64,000 nucleotides of DNA from a virus: the IMG/VR virus record IMGVR_UViG_3300035145_002886. One strand, written 5' to 3'. Below are positions 53,882 through 62,638 of the stretch, one piece after another. Position 1 is the first letter of the stretch. Every line of letters starts with the position of its first letter. The notes beneath the pieces are model-generated. The model was not told where the DNA came from and ran no database searches. It saw only the letters and a list, made by a program, of their open reading frames with translations. The translations under genes and the position numbers were made by a program.

Positions 53882-54250
53882 TTATTTTTGAACTAAGTTT
53901 GATACAATATGAACCACTTCTAGGTCAGGATGGTTCTCTTCAATAATAGCCTTTTGTATTGGATCGTCCTCAAAGAATCTCATAACTTCGATACCTTGTT
54001 CTTTAAGATCTTTGATTGTTTTTGCTTTATGAAGACCTGAATAGGTTCTAGCCTGGACTGTATGGTCTCCACGTTCGGCAAGAGTCATTTGGTTAAACAT
54101 CACATTACATGATATTCCCAGTTCTGATAGTTTTTCAAAAACATAGGGTGATTCCTCTTGACATCTTCCTGTAATAATGATGTCATCACTAAAGCAGGGT
54201 CTGATTCCAAGAGAAACAACCCCATCAAAATCGTATGCAAATATTTTCAT
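53882..54250 (-). CDS. minimal HAD phosphatase
   Basis: YDFDGV, ITGR, K, FFEDD. Confidence 0.75.
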   Translation of the reverse strand: MKIFAYDFDGVVSLGIRPCFSDDIIITGRCQEESPYVFEKLSELGISCNVMFNQMTLAERGDHTVQARTYSGLHKAKTIKDLKEQGIEVMRFFEDDPIQKAIIEENHPDLEVVHIVSNLVQK

Positions 54251-54261
54251 AATATGGTTAT

Positions 54262-54286
54262 TAAGGGACTCCCGAAAGAGTCCCTA
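54262..54286 (-). terminator. hairpin after the MIPS gene
   Basis: AGGGACTC-CCGAAA-GAGTCCCT. Confidence 0.55.
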
Positions 54287-54306
54287 TTTACAACTTAAAT
54301 AAAGGC

Positions 54307-55518
54307 TTATACAGTTGCTATTGATTTAGTATTTACCGACTTAAGTTGCTTTTTAGTAACTTCAGTCAATTCGCGATTTGCAAGTGCATCACATTCTGCA
54401 ACACCATCACGGAACATCATTTGCTGAGGTGGAGTCTTTTGTGTAAGAGCAGAAGGTCCACGAAGAGCTCCAACAATTCCCATTTCACGAGCTACTTTTA
54501 CATAACGTAAAGCGTCAATTACAACACCACCAGAGTTTGGTGAATCCTGTACGGATAGCTGAGCATCAAAGATAACTGGTGCTCCTCCAAATCCTTCCAT
54601 TTCAAGACGGAAGTTAGCTACCTTATTATCTGCGTAGTATGGAATGTACTCAGATGGTCCAGCATGTAGGAATGAATCATCAGTTGAGATATTGCGAATC
54701 TCATTTTGAGCACGGATTACGTTCTCTTTAGAGATCTTCTTAGAGGCAAGACGTGTTTTGTCTTCCATGTTCAAGAAGTCTGTGTTACCACCAACATTAC
54801 GCTGAATGTGAGCTTTTACATGGTGTCCGCGTTCAAACGCAAGTTCTTGCAGCATTTGAGAAAGGATTGAAGCACCGAACTGGCTACGCATATCATCTCC
54901 GATTAGAGGAATACCAGCATCGATAAAACGCTGCTCCCATTTTGGATCTGATGCGATAAAGACTGGAATACAGTTCACGAATGAGATTCCAGTTTCTAGA
55001 CAAATTTCTGCCCAGAATTCAGTTGTCTTTTGAGAACCTACTGGTAAGTAATTTACCAATACTTCAACTCCATGCTGTTTTAGTTGATCGATGATTCGAT
55101 CTTTCCATTGACGCTCTTTTTTAGAGGTCCATGCGGTACGGTTCATGTCAGTCTCGTTACGAAGATCTTCGTCTACTAAGAAGCGGTTTGCTTCCGGGTA
55201 GTGATCCATTAGAGATGCATAACCATCAATAACTGGAGATTCGTACACTGGAGACTGATTAGTAATAGTCTCTACAATATCATACGCACAGTTTGGTCTT
55301 TGCTTAAGAGCTTCTCCAAGAGAAAGACCAATTTTTCGCTCGTCAATATCAAATCCTACTACGAATTCAATATTACCAGCTTTGTAACCACCGATATCGA
55401 ATTTCATCATACCGGTTTTTGCATCGGTGTTTTCAGTATAGTACTGTACACCTTCAACTAGGGACTTAGCACAGTTTCCTGTACCAATAATCCCAACTTT
55501 GATTTTTTTGTTGTCCAT
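54307..55518 (-). CDS. ino1: myo-inositol-1-phosphate synthase
   Basis: GTGNCAKSLVEG, NYLPVGS, GDDMRSQFGA, GGNTDFLNM, SKKISK, DSPNSGG. Confidence 0.92.
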   Translation of the reverse strand: MDNKKIKVGIIGTGNCAKSLVEGVQYYTENTDAKTGMMKFDIGGYKAGNIEFVVGFDIDERKIGLSLGEALKQRPNCAYDIVETITNQSPVYESPVIDGYASLMDHYPEANRFLVDEDLRNETDMNRTAWTSKKERQWKDRIIDQLKQHGVEVLVNYLPVGSQKTTEFWAEICLETGISFVNCIPVFIASDPKWEQRFIDAGIPLIGDDMRSQFGASILSQMLQELAFERGHHVKAHIQRNVGGNTDFLNMEDKTRLASKKISKENVIRAQNEIRNISTDDSFLHAGPSEYIPYYADNKVANFRLEMEGFGGAPVIFDAQLSVQDSPNSGGVVIDALRYVKVAREMGIVGALRGPSALTQKTPPQQMMFRDGVAECDALANRELTEVTKKQLKSVNTKSIATV

Positions 55519-55560
55519 AATTTTAAACTTTGTTAAACCTTTATTTTTATTTTGTATAAT

Positions 55561-55588
55561 TTATACGGCAATCTGTAAAAAAGTTTCA
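55561..55588 (-). promoter_or_regulatory. class-II promoter upstream of the MIPS operon
   Basis: TGAAAC-N17-TATAA on the minus strand. Confidence 0.6.
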
Positions 55589-55668
55589 TATTCAGGTTAA
55601 AAAATTCACTTTGTGATTACCGACATTGTATTTATACGCTGCGGTGGAGGATAGTTTTTAAATTGTGT

Positions 55669-55797
55669 TTATTGGGGGTTGTAGGCATCCATTATCTTTC
55701 TCATTCTAACTAAGTGGTTTGTATTTTCACTTTCTTTATACACCTCAATAAGTCTTTCGTGTAACCATATAAAGTGTTTAATATCTTCTTCACTCAT
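55669..55797 (-). CDS. 42-aa micro-ORF cassette
   Basis: MSEEDIKHFIWLHERL...; follows the junction motif; paralog of 56790..56921. Confidence 0.6.
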   Translation of the reverse strand: MSEEDIKHFIWLHERLIEVYKESENTNHLVRMRKIMDAYNPQ

Positions 55798-55837
55798 TCT
55801 CTTTGGTTTTAAATTGTTATTGGGGGTTGTAGGCAAT

Positions 55838-56161
55838 TTACCCCTTCCAAGATGGTGCTTCTTTAAGTATCTTTTGGAAGTCTTGAATACTGTGTTTTTG
55901 AGCAAGGATATAAAGTTGTTTAGGGGTAAACTGATCGCTTTGCCCTACAACAGTACTTTGGTCACAATTTGGTTCATTATCTGCATCTTCCACATCAATG
56001 GAAACGGAAGATGTTTTCACTTTATCCATTCCTTCACCATCCAATGCTCCCCAAGCTAAACTAAAACTTGTTGGCTTTCCGTTTCCTAAATCTACATCAA
56101 TTTTTGCATCAGGGTTAAATTCTACTAATTGTCTTATTAAATCTCGTACTGTCATATCCAT
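55838..56161 (-). CDS. hypothetical protein
   Basis: MTVRDLIRQL N-terminus; internal VVGQSDQF segment. Confidence 0.6.
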   Translation of the reverse strand: MDMTVRDLIRQLVEFNPDAKIDVDLGNGKPTSFSLAWGALDGEGMDKVKTSSVSIDVEDADNEPNCDQSTVVGQSDQFTPKQLYILAQKHSIQDFQKILKEAPSWKG

Positions 56162-56202
56162 ATTTTTATCTTAAACTTATTGTAGAGTGTGGTTATGTCG
56201 AA

Positions 56203-56328
56203 TTAACAAGGGAATGTAACTACCTTATCAAAGCTTAATCCACCCCAGTATCTAATTATGATACTTTTCCTTTTTGTAGCAAATTCAACGCTTGGGTATT
56301 TGCATTTTAAATCAAATAATATTTTCAT
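56203..56328 (-). CDS. 41-aa micro-ORF cassette (not in track)
   Basis: MKILFDLKCK...TFPC*; starts at a junction ATG. Confidence 0.5.
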   Translation of the reverse strand: MKILFDLKCKYPSVEFATKRKSIIIRYWGGLSFDKVVTFPC

Positions 56329-56349
56329 CTCTCTTTGGTTTTAAATTGT

Positions 56350-56538
56350 TTAAAAGTAACCTTGTGTTTTTAAAAACTCTCTCATAGCGTCAACAACTTC
56401 TTTGTCATTTTCTATTAGTTTTCCTTTAACGAAAATATCACCATTATCACAAAGTTTTATTATCTCATTATTTCCATTAGTAAAAAAATGTATTGCATTA
56501 CTTTCAAATTCTTTACTTGTTAATTTTAAATCATTCAT
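56350..56538 (-). CDS. micro-ORF cassette
   Basis: MNDLKL...TQGYF; follows the junction motif. Confidence 0.6.
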   Translation of the reverse strand: MNDLKLTSKEFESNAIHFFTNGNNEIIKLCDNGDIFVKGKLIENDKEVVDAMREFLKTQGYF

Positions 56539-56561
56539 ATTTTCATCTCTCTTTGGTTTTA

Positions 56562-56777
56562 TTAATAAGGGGTAGTCCATCCGGTTAATCCATAAGGGTA
56601 TTTTTCGCGGTATTCAGCTAACAAAGCTCTAAGTTTATCTGGGTAAACATCAATGCTTTTAGTTCCGCGACCTTCTTCATTTTTTAATCCTCTTAGATTA
56701 TGAGTTTCAGCTAACCAATAAATAAATCCTACGGTTACGCCATCAATAGGAATTCTTGATATTATATCTTTATTCAT
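56562..56777 (-). CDS. micro-ORF cassette
   Basis: Follows the junction AACACCAAAGAGGTATG. Confidence 0.6.
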   Translation of the reverse strand: MNKDIISRIPIDGVTVGFIYWLAETHNLRGLKNEEGRGTKSIDVYPDKLRALLAEYREKYPYGLTGWTTPY

Positions 56778-56789
56778 ACCTCTTTGGTG

Positions 56790-56921
56790 TTAAAGGTTGT
56801 TAATAATCTCTCTCATCTTAATAAGAAAGTCTCTATTTTCACTATCTCCATACACATTCACAATTCTATCGTGAATCCATTGTAAGTGTTCCTTTTGTTT
56901 TGCCTTTTCTATTTCACTCAT
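56790..56921 (-). CDS. 43-aa micro-ORF cassette (not in track)
   Basis: MSEIEKAKQKEHLQWIHDRI...INNL*. Confidence 0.6.
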   Translation of the reverse strand: MSEIEKAKQKEHLQWIHDRIVNVYGDSENRDFLIKMREIINNL

Positions 56922-56940
56922 CTCTCTTTGGTTTTAATCT

Positions 56941-57993
56941 TTAGAATAGACTCATTGTCTTTTTAATTAGCTTGGTATTCTTTGCTCCAGTATTCCAATC
57001 CCAGTAATAATACTCTCGACTAAGGTGTACTGAACCTGGCTTTTCCATATAGTTCTTTGCAAATTCCTCAGGATTCTCGCTAAACCAATGATCTGGCCAG
57101 TCTAGAACCTCAAATCCAGCCTCTTTACCTAGTCCGCGTACGTTTCTATTAAAAGCTTCCATTACCTCTACCCGCTCTAGTCTGCTTCCAGCAAATGGAG
57201 TACCCTTATACCATCCGGTTTTTGGGATTCTGCGACCCTCAAATTCAATAGGTAATAGAGTATGTACCGTTACTTTTTCCAGATTAAGAGACTTTAAGTG
57301 TTCAATATAATCTTTTGCCAGTTTTACTGCAGCATCGTATGGATTCTTTTGGCGACATAGGTGATGACGAACGTCAATGTTTCCAAAGTAACTAATCAAA
57401 TGCTTAGTTCCCTCTGGAATATACTTGTCCATTCCCTCTTTCATAACGCCAAATAGAGTCTTCCCGTCGTTTCTTGAAATGTCTGCACCGACTGGATAGA
57501 CTGAAACTGAATGACTATCGCCTAATACAAAAGTGCCGGTAGCCGTTTTCAGGTCTATTGTTTTTATACTCTCACACTTTTGTGTAATGGCTTCAGCATC
57601 AAGCGCTGCCCATCCTTCTGAACATGATTTGATTCGACTGTTAACGAAAGCCCCAACATCAGGCATCTCACGGTTTAAGATATAGATAGGTCCATCAAAA
57701 TCAAGGAACCGTTGAATTCTGGCTGCTGGTTCGTCGGTAGCACCTCCGAATAGATTATAAGAACCTGCAAATTCCATCGGAAGAGCGACCATCCACACGT
57801 CATAATCGTGGACATTTCCGGATTTGTCTAGAACATCCGCTTCAAGTCCAAAATAGTTTAATTGTGCCTGTAAAAGATAAGCCCACGCACTCTTGTGTGA
57901 ACTCTGTTTTGATGAATAATTTGTAACGACGTCATCAATCGCTATCTTTTTACCCTCTAATTCTGCTTTAATTTCCTGAATGCTCATGTTCAA
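56941..57993 (-). CDS. T4 beta-glucosyltransferase-N-like domain fused to an SGNH-like domain
   Basis: N: KIAI, YL, GL, DYD, NLFGG, IYIL; C: LGDSH, YFGNID, SVHL. Confidence 0.5.
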   Translation of the reverse strand: MNMSIQEIKAELEGKKIAIDDVVTNYSSKQSSHKSAWAYLLQAQLNYFGLEADVLDKSGNVHDYDVWMVALPMEFAGSYNLFGGATDEPAARIQRFLDFDGPIYILNREMPDVGAFVNSRIKSCSEGWAALDAEAITQKCESIKTIDLKTATGTFVLGDSHSVSVYPVGADISRNDGKTLFGVMKEGMDKYIPEGTKHLISYFGNIDVRHHLCRQKNPYDAAVKLAKDYIEHLKSLNLEKVTVHTLLPIEFEGRRIPKTGWYKGTPFAGSRLERVEVMEAFNRNVRGLGKEAGFEVLDWPDHWFSENPEEFAKNYMEKPGSVHLSREYYYWDWNTGAKNTKLIKKTMSLF

Positions 57994-58204
57994 AATGTCT
58001 TTTACCTGTTAAAATCTCAAATTTCTTTAAAATAGTCCGTTTAGCGATTCTCATTCTCCAAAGTTGATACCATTGCGGACCTATTCCTGGTATTAACATA
58101 TATTCTTTCTGCTTTAATTCATTCTCTCCTATTAAGAGATTTCGTGAATCTATAGAGGTATCTCCACTCTTCTTTCTAAATTTAACCGTCATATCTTTAT
58201 CCAT
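57968..58204 (-). CDS. hypothetical protein
   Basis: 78-aa ORF in operon. Confidence 0.5.
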   Translation of the reverse strand: MDKDMTVKFRKKSGDTSIDSRNLLIGENELKQKEYMLIPGIGPQWYQLWRMRIAKRTILKKFEILTGKRHFEHEHSGN

Positions 58205-58599
58205 TTTTGTTCGCTATTCAGTCTAAAAGAACCAATACACTCTCGTCTCCATTGGCCTGGTTCGATCAACGATAAGAATACGCTTCCATCATCGCTAACA
58301 TAGAGATGGTATTCTTCTCCGATAACTGGTTCAAAATTAAATTTAGATGAATAGACTAATTCGTTCCATTGTAACTCTTCAATCATCTGCTGATACTCAG
58401 CTTTTAACTCTTCAAACTTGGCCTTCAGTTGATGATTTACTTTATTTACCCCTCTCTGCTTCCAACCGTCGATGTCCTCAGTTACGATTGCTGGGGCACC
58501 AACATTGGTAGCATAGGGGAGAATTGCGGCATTATAGCCCTTTTCCTCGTTCCAGACTATCTGGTCTGGTTTTTTATCCGATGTGGATGTCTTCTTCAC
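58189..58599 (-). CDS. DUF2452-like protein
   Basis: LPYATNVGAPAI, FNFEPVIG..YHLY, FLSLIEP..W. Confidence 0.7.
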   Translation of the reverse strand: MKKTSTSDKKPDQIVWNEEKGYNAAILPYATNVGAPAIVTEDIDGWKQRGVNKVNHQLKAKFEELKAEYQQMIEELQWNELVYSSKFNFEPVIGEEYHLYVSDDGSVFLSLIEPGQWRRECIGSFRLNSEQKWIKI

Positions 58600-58882
58600 C
58601 TTGAGGATATTCGCCTTTCTCGTTAATATAGTTTTCTAAGCCTTGGATATAGGCAACTGCGTCAAGTAGATTGTCCCGCTTGTGATTGTAACTTTCACGT
58701 GAGAATTTAAGTGCTACTAGTGCCATGAACATTTCACGTCCAGTTACATCTAATCCAGTCATGCCGCTAAAGATTTGTGCGGCGCGATCCATTCCTTCTG
58801 AAAAGGGACCATATTGACGGTCTGCCTCTTCATTGCGATGGTTTACAATTTCGTTTGCTTCTTCTAGAATGCTCTTATTCAT
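58574..58882 (-). CDS. DUF6378-like small helical nucleotide-metabolism protein
   Basis: SILEEA, RQYG, LKFSRE, DNLLDAVAY. Confidence 0.6.
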   Translation of the reverse strand: MNKSILEEANEIVNHRNEEADRQYGPFSEGMDRAAQIFSGMTGLDVTGREMFMALVALKFSRESYNHKRDNLLDAVAYIQGLENYINEKGEYPQGEEDIHIG

Positions 58883-59169
58883 CTGTTTATTATTAGTTAC
58901 TCGCTATATTATAGAAAAAAGGGCCGATTTGTTTCGATCGACCCTGGAAATTTTTGGAAAATTTTAGGAATTTTTTGTGTGGGGGCCTCTCACTCCTCTC
59001 CGGTCCCTTCCTCTCTTCCCCTATCTCTAACCTGGATAGTTGGCATGAGAACGAGAGACCAAATTGGCCATGCTGATCCGGTTGCCCAAACTGTCCAGCC
59101 AACCAGACCAAAGAATCCCAAATAGATAAGGGCTACTGCCCAAGCTTCGCTATTTTTCATAGTTCTTGT

Positions 59170-59373
59170 TTATTTTAAGTGCGGTCGATATTCACCATTC
59201 TCGCTTGCAGTTCTACTTGTGCATCTCCAACAGAGAACCTTCGTTACCTCTTCGTCAACTTCAACCTTTTCGCGACATCCCTCTTCTGGTGCCCAGTCTC
59301 CCCACTTTGAGGTGTCTGGATTCCAGTTCATGCACTTTAGTGTCTTTTTATTTCCTGATTTACGTGTTGCCAT
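59170..59373 (-). CDS. small Cys-containing protein (possible Zn ribbon)
   Basis: C...C...CWRC; class-II promoter at 59391-59418. Confidence 0.55.
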   Translation of the reverse strand: MATRKSGNKKTLKCMNWNPDTSKWGDWAPEEGCREKVEVDEEVTKVLCWRCTSRTASENGEYRPHLK

Positions 59374-60253
59374 CCTTTTAGATTTGTCTATTATAGACCC
59401 AGAGGGCTAAAAGTTTCACGAGTCTTGGGGAGAAACCCTGGGGGAAATTTTTGTTTTCTTGACCTTTACACTATATATCCCATTTATTCTACAACACCCT
59501 TAGGTTCGGGCTGGCGCCCTCACCACAACCCTGTACCCTATTGAGGTATCGGTGCCTTCCGGATACCCGGGATATTTTTTGGGCGGCCGCAACTTAGCAT
59601 CCCGACCACAGTGGGTCAGAAGGGCTCTTTTAACAGAGGGGTCTGATGGTTAGTGATTTACTCCCAGTCTTCATAGTGCTAGAGATGTATCTAGTCTACT
59701 CTATCCAGATTCTAATAGTCCTTATAGTAATAACAGCAACTTTGAGGACAGAGAGATCCATGGAGGAGGCGGCCACTCGCCACTCCCATGAGGTCCCCAT
59801 GCCTATCAATGTGGATAGTGGTAGAAATTGGGGAACCCTTGGGTCCTAAAGGGGGCACCCCTCAATTTTCCTCCTAGACTCTGAGTCACTATGAGGTTCT
59901 CTCTAGAATAATGATCGTCGCGCAGCGATCGATCCTCTCCATGGGATTCTCCCTTCTTAGAGTCTTGTGGGTATCTATGTGGGTTTAGTGTGGAATGGGG
60001 TGGGCACTATCCGGAGGGAATGGGGGTCCACTCAATACTGGGAGGTGCTGTTTCCGGACCGAGATAATTTGCGCACTTCTGTGACACTTTTTTCAGGGCA
60101 TTCACTATTATTAGTAGAGCCATAGACAGGTCTCTTCGACCCCCTTGGAGCCATAAAATCACCAATTGTTCTGGGCGGCTGCTGGGCAAATTGCGCAAAG
60201 GGGGGATGGACACCACCTCCTACCACCTCTAGGGCCCTAGAGGTCCGGGGTCC

Positions 60254-60769
60254 CTAGGGGTTGGGGTCACCTCCAAGCAGTTCGATGCCTAGAGCCTCTA
60301 GGAGCGGGGTGGTCCTGTTGCCACTCTTACAGACACTATCTAGGTCGCGCTGTTCCCTTTTAAGGATCCATGCTATTTGTGCCCTCTCTTCTATATAGTC
60401 CTGTATAGTCTCTCTACTGGGGTTCTCTAGTTCTAGGAGTCCCTCTACTAGTTTACTAACTGGTACTATATGTTCGTGGTGAAACTCGCCTCCACTGTGA
60501 CTAGGGTCTTTTAATCCGCTCTTTAAGCACTGGTCTTTATAGCTACTCCATTTTAATGTTTCTATGGGGATGTCCCGCTGGTGCGCCACCGAGAGGGCAG
60601 CCCGTGAGTAGAGATTCGGCTTGCCCAGTTGCCTAGGGAATTCAGTCCATCGCCTTACCACCCTACGTGCTGTCCAAGTTAGATTGGTGTCACGGGTTAA
60701 CTTAATCCCCTCTAGTAAGGGGATTAAGCATTCGGCATAGTATTGTCCTATAGGTTGTCCGGGATTCAT
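60254..60769 (-). CDS. putative His-Me-finger/HNH-like protein; paralog of 2310..2786
   Basis: FHHEHIVPV...IAWILKREQRDL; ATGA overlap with the upstream gene. Confidence 0.5.
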   Translation of the reverse strand: MNPGQPIGQYYAECLIPLLEGIKLTRDTNLTWTARRVVRRWTEFPRQLGKPNLYSRAALSVAHQRDIPIETLKWSSYKDQCLKSGLKDPSHSGGEFHHEHIVPVSKLVEGLLELENPSRETIQDYIEERAQIAWILKREQRDLDSVCKSGNRTTPLLEALGIELLGGDPNP

Positions 60770-61188
60770 CCTGCGGGTTGCTCTTTGGGAGGGTTCATCT
60801 GGAAGGCCCAACTGTCCCATGTTGCTGAATGGACCCTTTTATACTGGTCCCTGTTATAGAGGTTGGTATTAGAGAACAGTTGGTTAATAGTGCCAACCTT
60901 GATATGCCTCATGATAGTCTCATCTATCAGGTTCACTTTCTTTCCTACTCTACTAAATACTGTTAGCCAGTGACCGCCTTCATGGGGTTGAAACTGGACA
61001 GTTTGGAGAGCACCCTTCTTATAACCATTAAGTATAGTTTCTGGGTGCTTCATTAACTGCTCGTTATTTCGAGCATCTATACATGTCATCCCTAGTAGGG
61101 TTTTAGTGATAAAACGGAATTTGCCCTCTCTATAGTTGGACATAACGTCTATTGTAGGAATCTCGGTGATATTTATTAATTTGCTCAT
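60766..61188 (-). CDS. hypothetical protein
   Basis: 140-aa ORF. Confidence 0.65.
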   Translation of the reverse strand: MSKLINITEIPTIDVMSNYREGKFRFITKTLLGMTCIDARNNEQLMKHPETILNGYKKGALQTVQFQPHEGGHWLTVFSRVGKKVNLIDETIMRHIKVGTINQLFSNTNLYNRDQYKRVHSATWDSWAFQMNPPKEQPAG

Positions 61189-61319
61189 GGTGTCTATTTT
61201 AAAAGTGAAGATAATCGATCCATTCGTCCACTACCATTTTCTGGGCAGGTGTCAATTGGTCATAGTCCTTATCGAATTTGTCTTGTGCTATTCTGTCTCT
61301 CATTCCGGTCATTTTTTTA

Positions 61320-61571
61320 TTAAAAGAACATTGCATTCCAGATCAACCAACTGGGTGACTTCTTAGTACCTCGTCTTGGTTTTCTATTAAGTGTCTTATA
61401 GGGACTAGGAACCTCTTTCGTGATACATGTATTACCGTCAGCACTAACACTAACTAGGACTGAACGACATGTCTTTGAGAAGTTATCACTAAACTCTTGA
61501 CCAATGGCATCGCGCAACTCCTGTACCTTGTTGCTTCCATCGAACTTGTCTTGAATACTTAATGCGATCAT
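61320..61571 (-). CDS. hypothetical early protein
   Basis: Directly behind the class-I promoter at 61583-61627. Confidence 0.6.
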   Translation of the reverse strand: MIALSIQDKFDGSNKVQELRDAIGQEFSDNFSKTCRSVLVSVSADGNTCITKEVPSPYKTLNRKPRRGTKKSPSWLIWNAMFF

Positions 61572-61582
61572 ATTGCTTTAAC

Positions 61583-61950
61583 TTTTAATTACTATCAAAT
61601 ATAATCATTTTCTACGACATAAAAAAATAAAATTGCAAGTTTTTTCACATTTTTTCTGGTTGAATGATGGGCCCCTGGCATAATGTGTGGACATATTGCA
61701 CACCTTTCCCGTACGGGTACTATTATTAATGTCCATAGACGGGTTGGACATGGACACCTCTCTTCCTATAATTGCGAAATTGACTGGACAAGCACCGAGC
61801 ATAGTGGACATGCTCCGCCATTATATTATATTGATCCGGGATGCTTTGTTTCACACCCGGTGCAACTTTTTTCAACTTTTTTTCACTTTTTTTTCAACCG
61901 GATTTTTCCGTGTCGTGGATTTTGTTTATATTTAATAGTAATTAAAAGTT
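61583..61950. promoter_or_regulatory. divergent class-I promoter pair / strand-switch region
   Basis: Motif on the minus strand at 61583-61627 and on the plus strand at 61899-61950. Confidence 0.7.
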
Positions 61951-61958
61951 AAAGCATT

Positions 61959-62108
61959 ATGCACAGAATAGAGATAAGTATTAGCAGTAGTAGATGGTTC
62001 GATACTCAAAAAGAAATGGCAGAGTTTCTAGGTCTTAAGAACTCTTCAAAAGCTGCAATCCAATCAAGATGTAGAGCGTTTGGATATGAAGTTGAATTTA
62101 ACCTTTAA
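61959..62108 (+). CDS. 49-aa protein, possible HTH (not in track)
   Basis: MHRIEIS...TQKEMAEFLGL...EFNL*. Confidence 0.55.
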   Translation: MHRIEISISSSRWFDTQKEMAEFLGLKNSSKAAIQSRCRAFGYEVEFNL

Positions 62109-62120
62109 AAACAAATAGAG

Positions 62121-62231
62121 ATGAGTCAGTTAATTACGACCGTATTAGTTGTAACATTTATAACCCTTGGGTTACGTGTAGGTATTGGGCTATTGATTGC
62201 TCTTAAAGAGAACAAACCAAACACCAAATAG
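62121..62231 (+). CDS. 36-aa membrane micro-ORF cassette (not in track)
   Basis: MSQLITTVLVV...KPNTK*; bounded by junction motifs. Confidence 0.55.
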   Translation: MSQLITTVLVVTFITLGLRVGIGLLIALKENKPNTK

Positions 62232-62233
62232 AG

Positions 62234-62377
62234 ATGAAAATACGCATTAAAAATAATACATTTGAAAGTGTACGAGAACTGCTGCTTGATTTTGCTGATT
62301 ACTCTGAGAGTGATAAAACCTCTCAAACAACGGACGAGTGTGTAGACAATTATTTAGACACCCTTAACACCAAATAG
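62234..62377 (+). CDS. 47-aa micro-ORF cassette (not in track)
   Basis: MKIRIKNN...TLNTK*; bounded by AACACCAAATAGAGATG. Confidence 0.55.
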   Translation: MKIRIKNNTFESVRELLLDFADYSESDKTSQTTDECVDNYLDTLNTK

Positions 62378-62379
62378 AG

Positions 62380-62565
62380 ATGAAAGCAAACGATCAATAC
62401 TCGTTAATTAAATGGTCAAGAGATGAAGGAGTTCTAGGAGTACTTGCAACCGGTACTAAAGAGAAGGTTGAAGAATACAAAGAAGCTCTCTTAGAAAAAA
62501 TCAACAGTAGAAACTATAGTGTTAGATATAGGCTATCTGTTTGGAAAGTACAAGAATTAATATAA
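62380..62565 (+). CDS. hypothetical protein
   Basis: 61-aa ORF starting at a junction ATG. Confidence 0.6.
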   Translation: MKANDQYSLIKWSRDEGVLGVLATGTKEKVEEYKEALLEKINSRNYSVRYRLSVWKVQELI

Positions 62566-62638
62566 ACTTTTTCACTCCAGATTTTACCGTGTCAAGTTTT
62601 TTGTTTATATTAGTACTGTAATTAAAGCTATAAGCACT

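Noticed and set aside
59420-60250. tRNA genes or real CDSs in the GC-rich stretch
   Set aside because: No cloverleaf or T-loop consensus seen; short ORFs lack the phage's usual leaders and composition
61605-61952. Short ORFs in the divergent promoter region
   Set aside because: They overlap promoter motifs and poly-T tracts; probably non-coding
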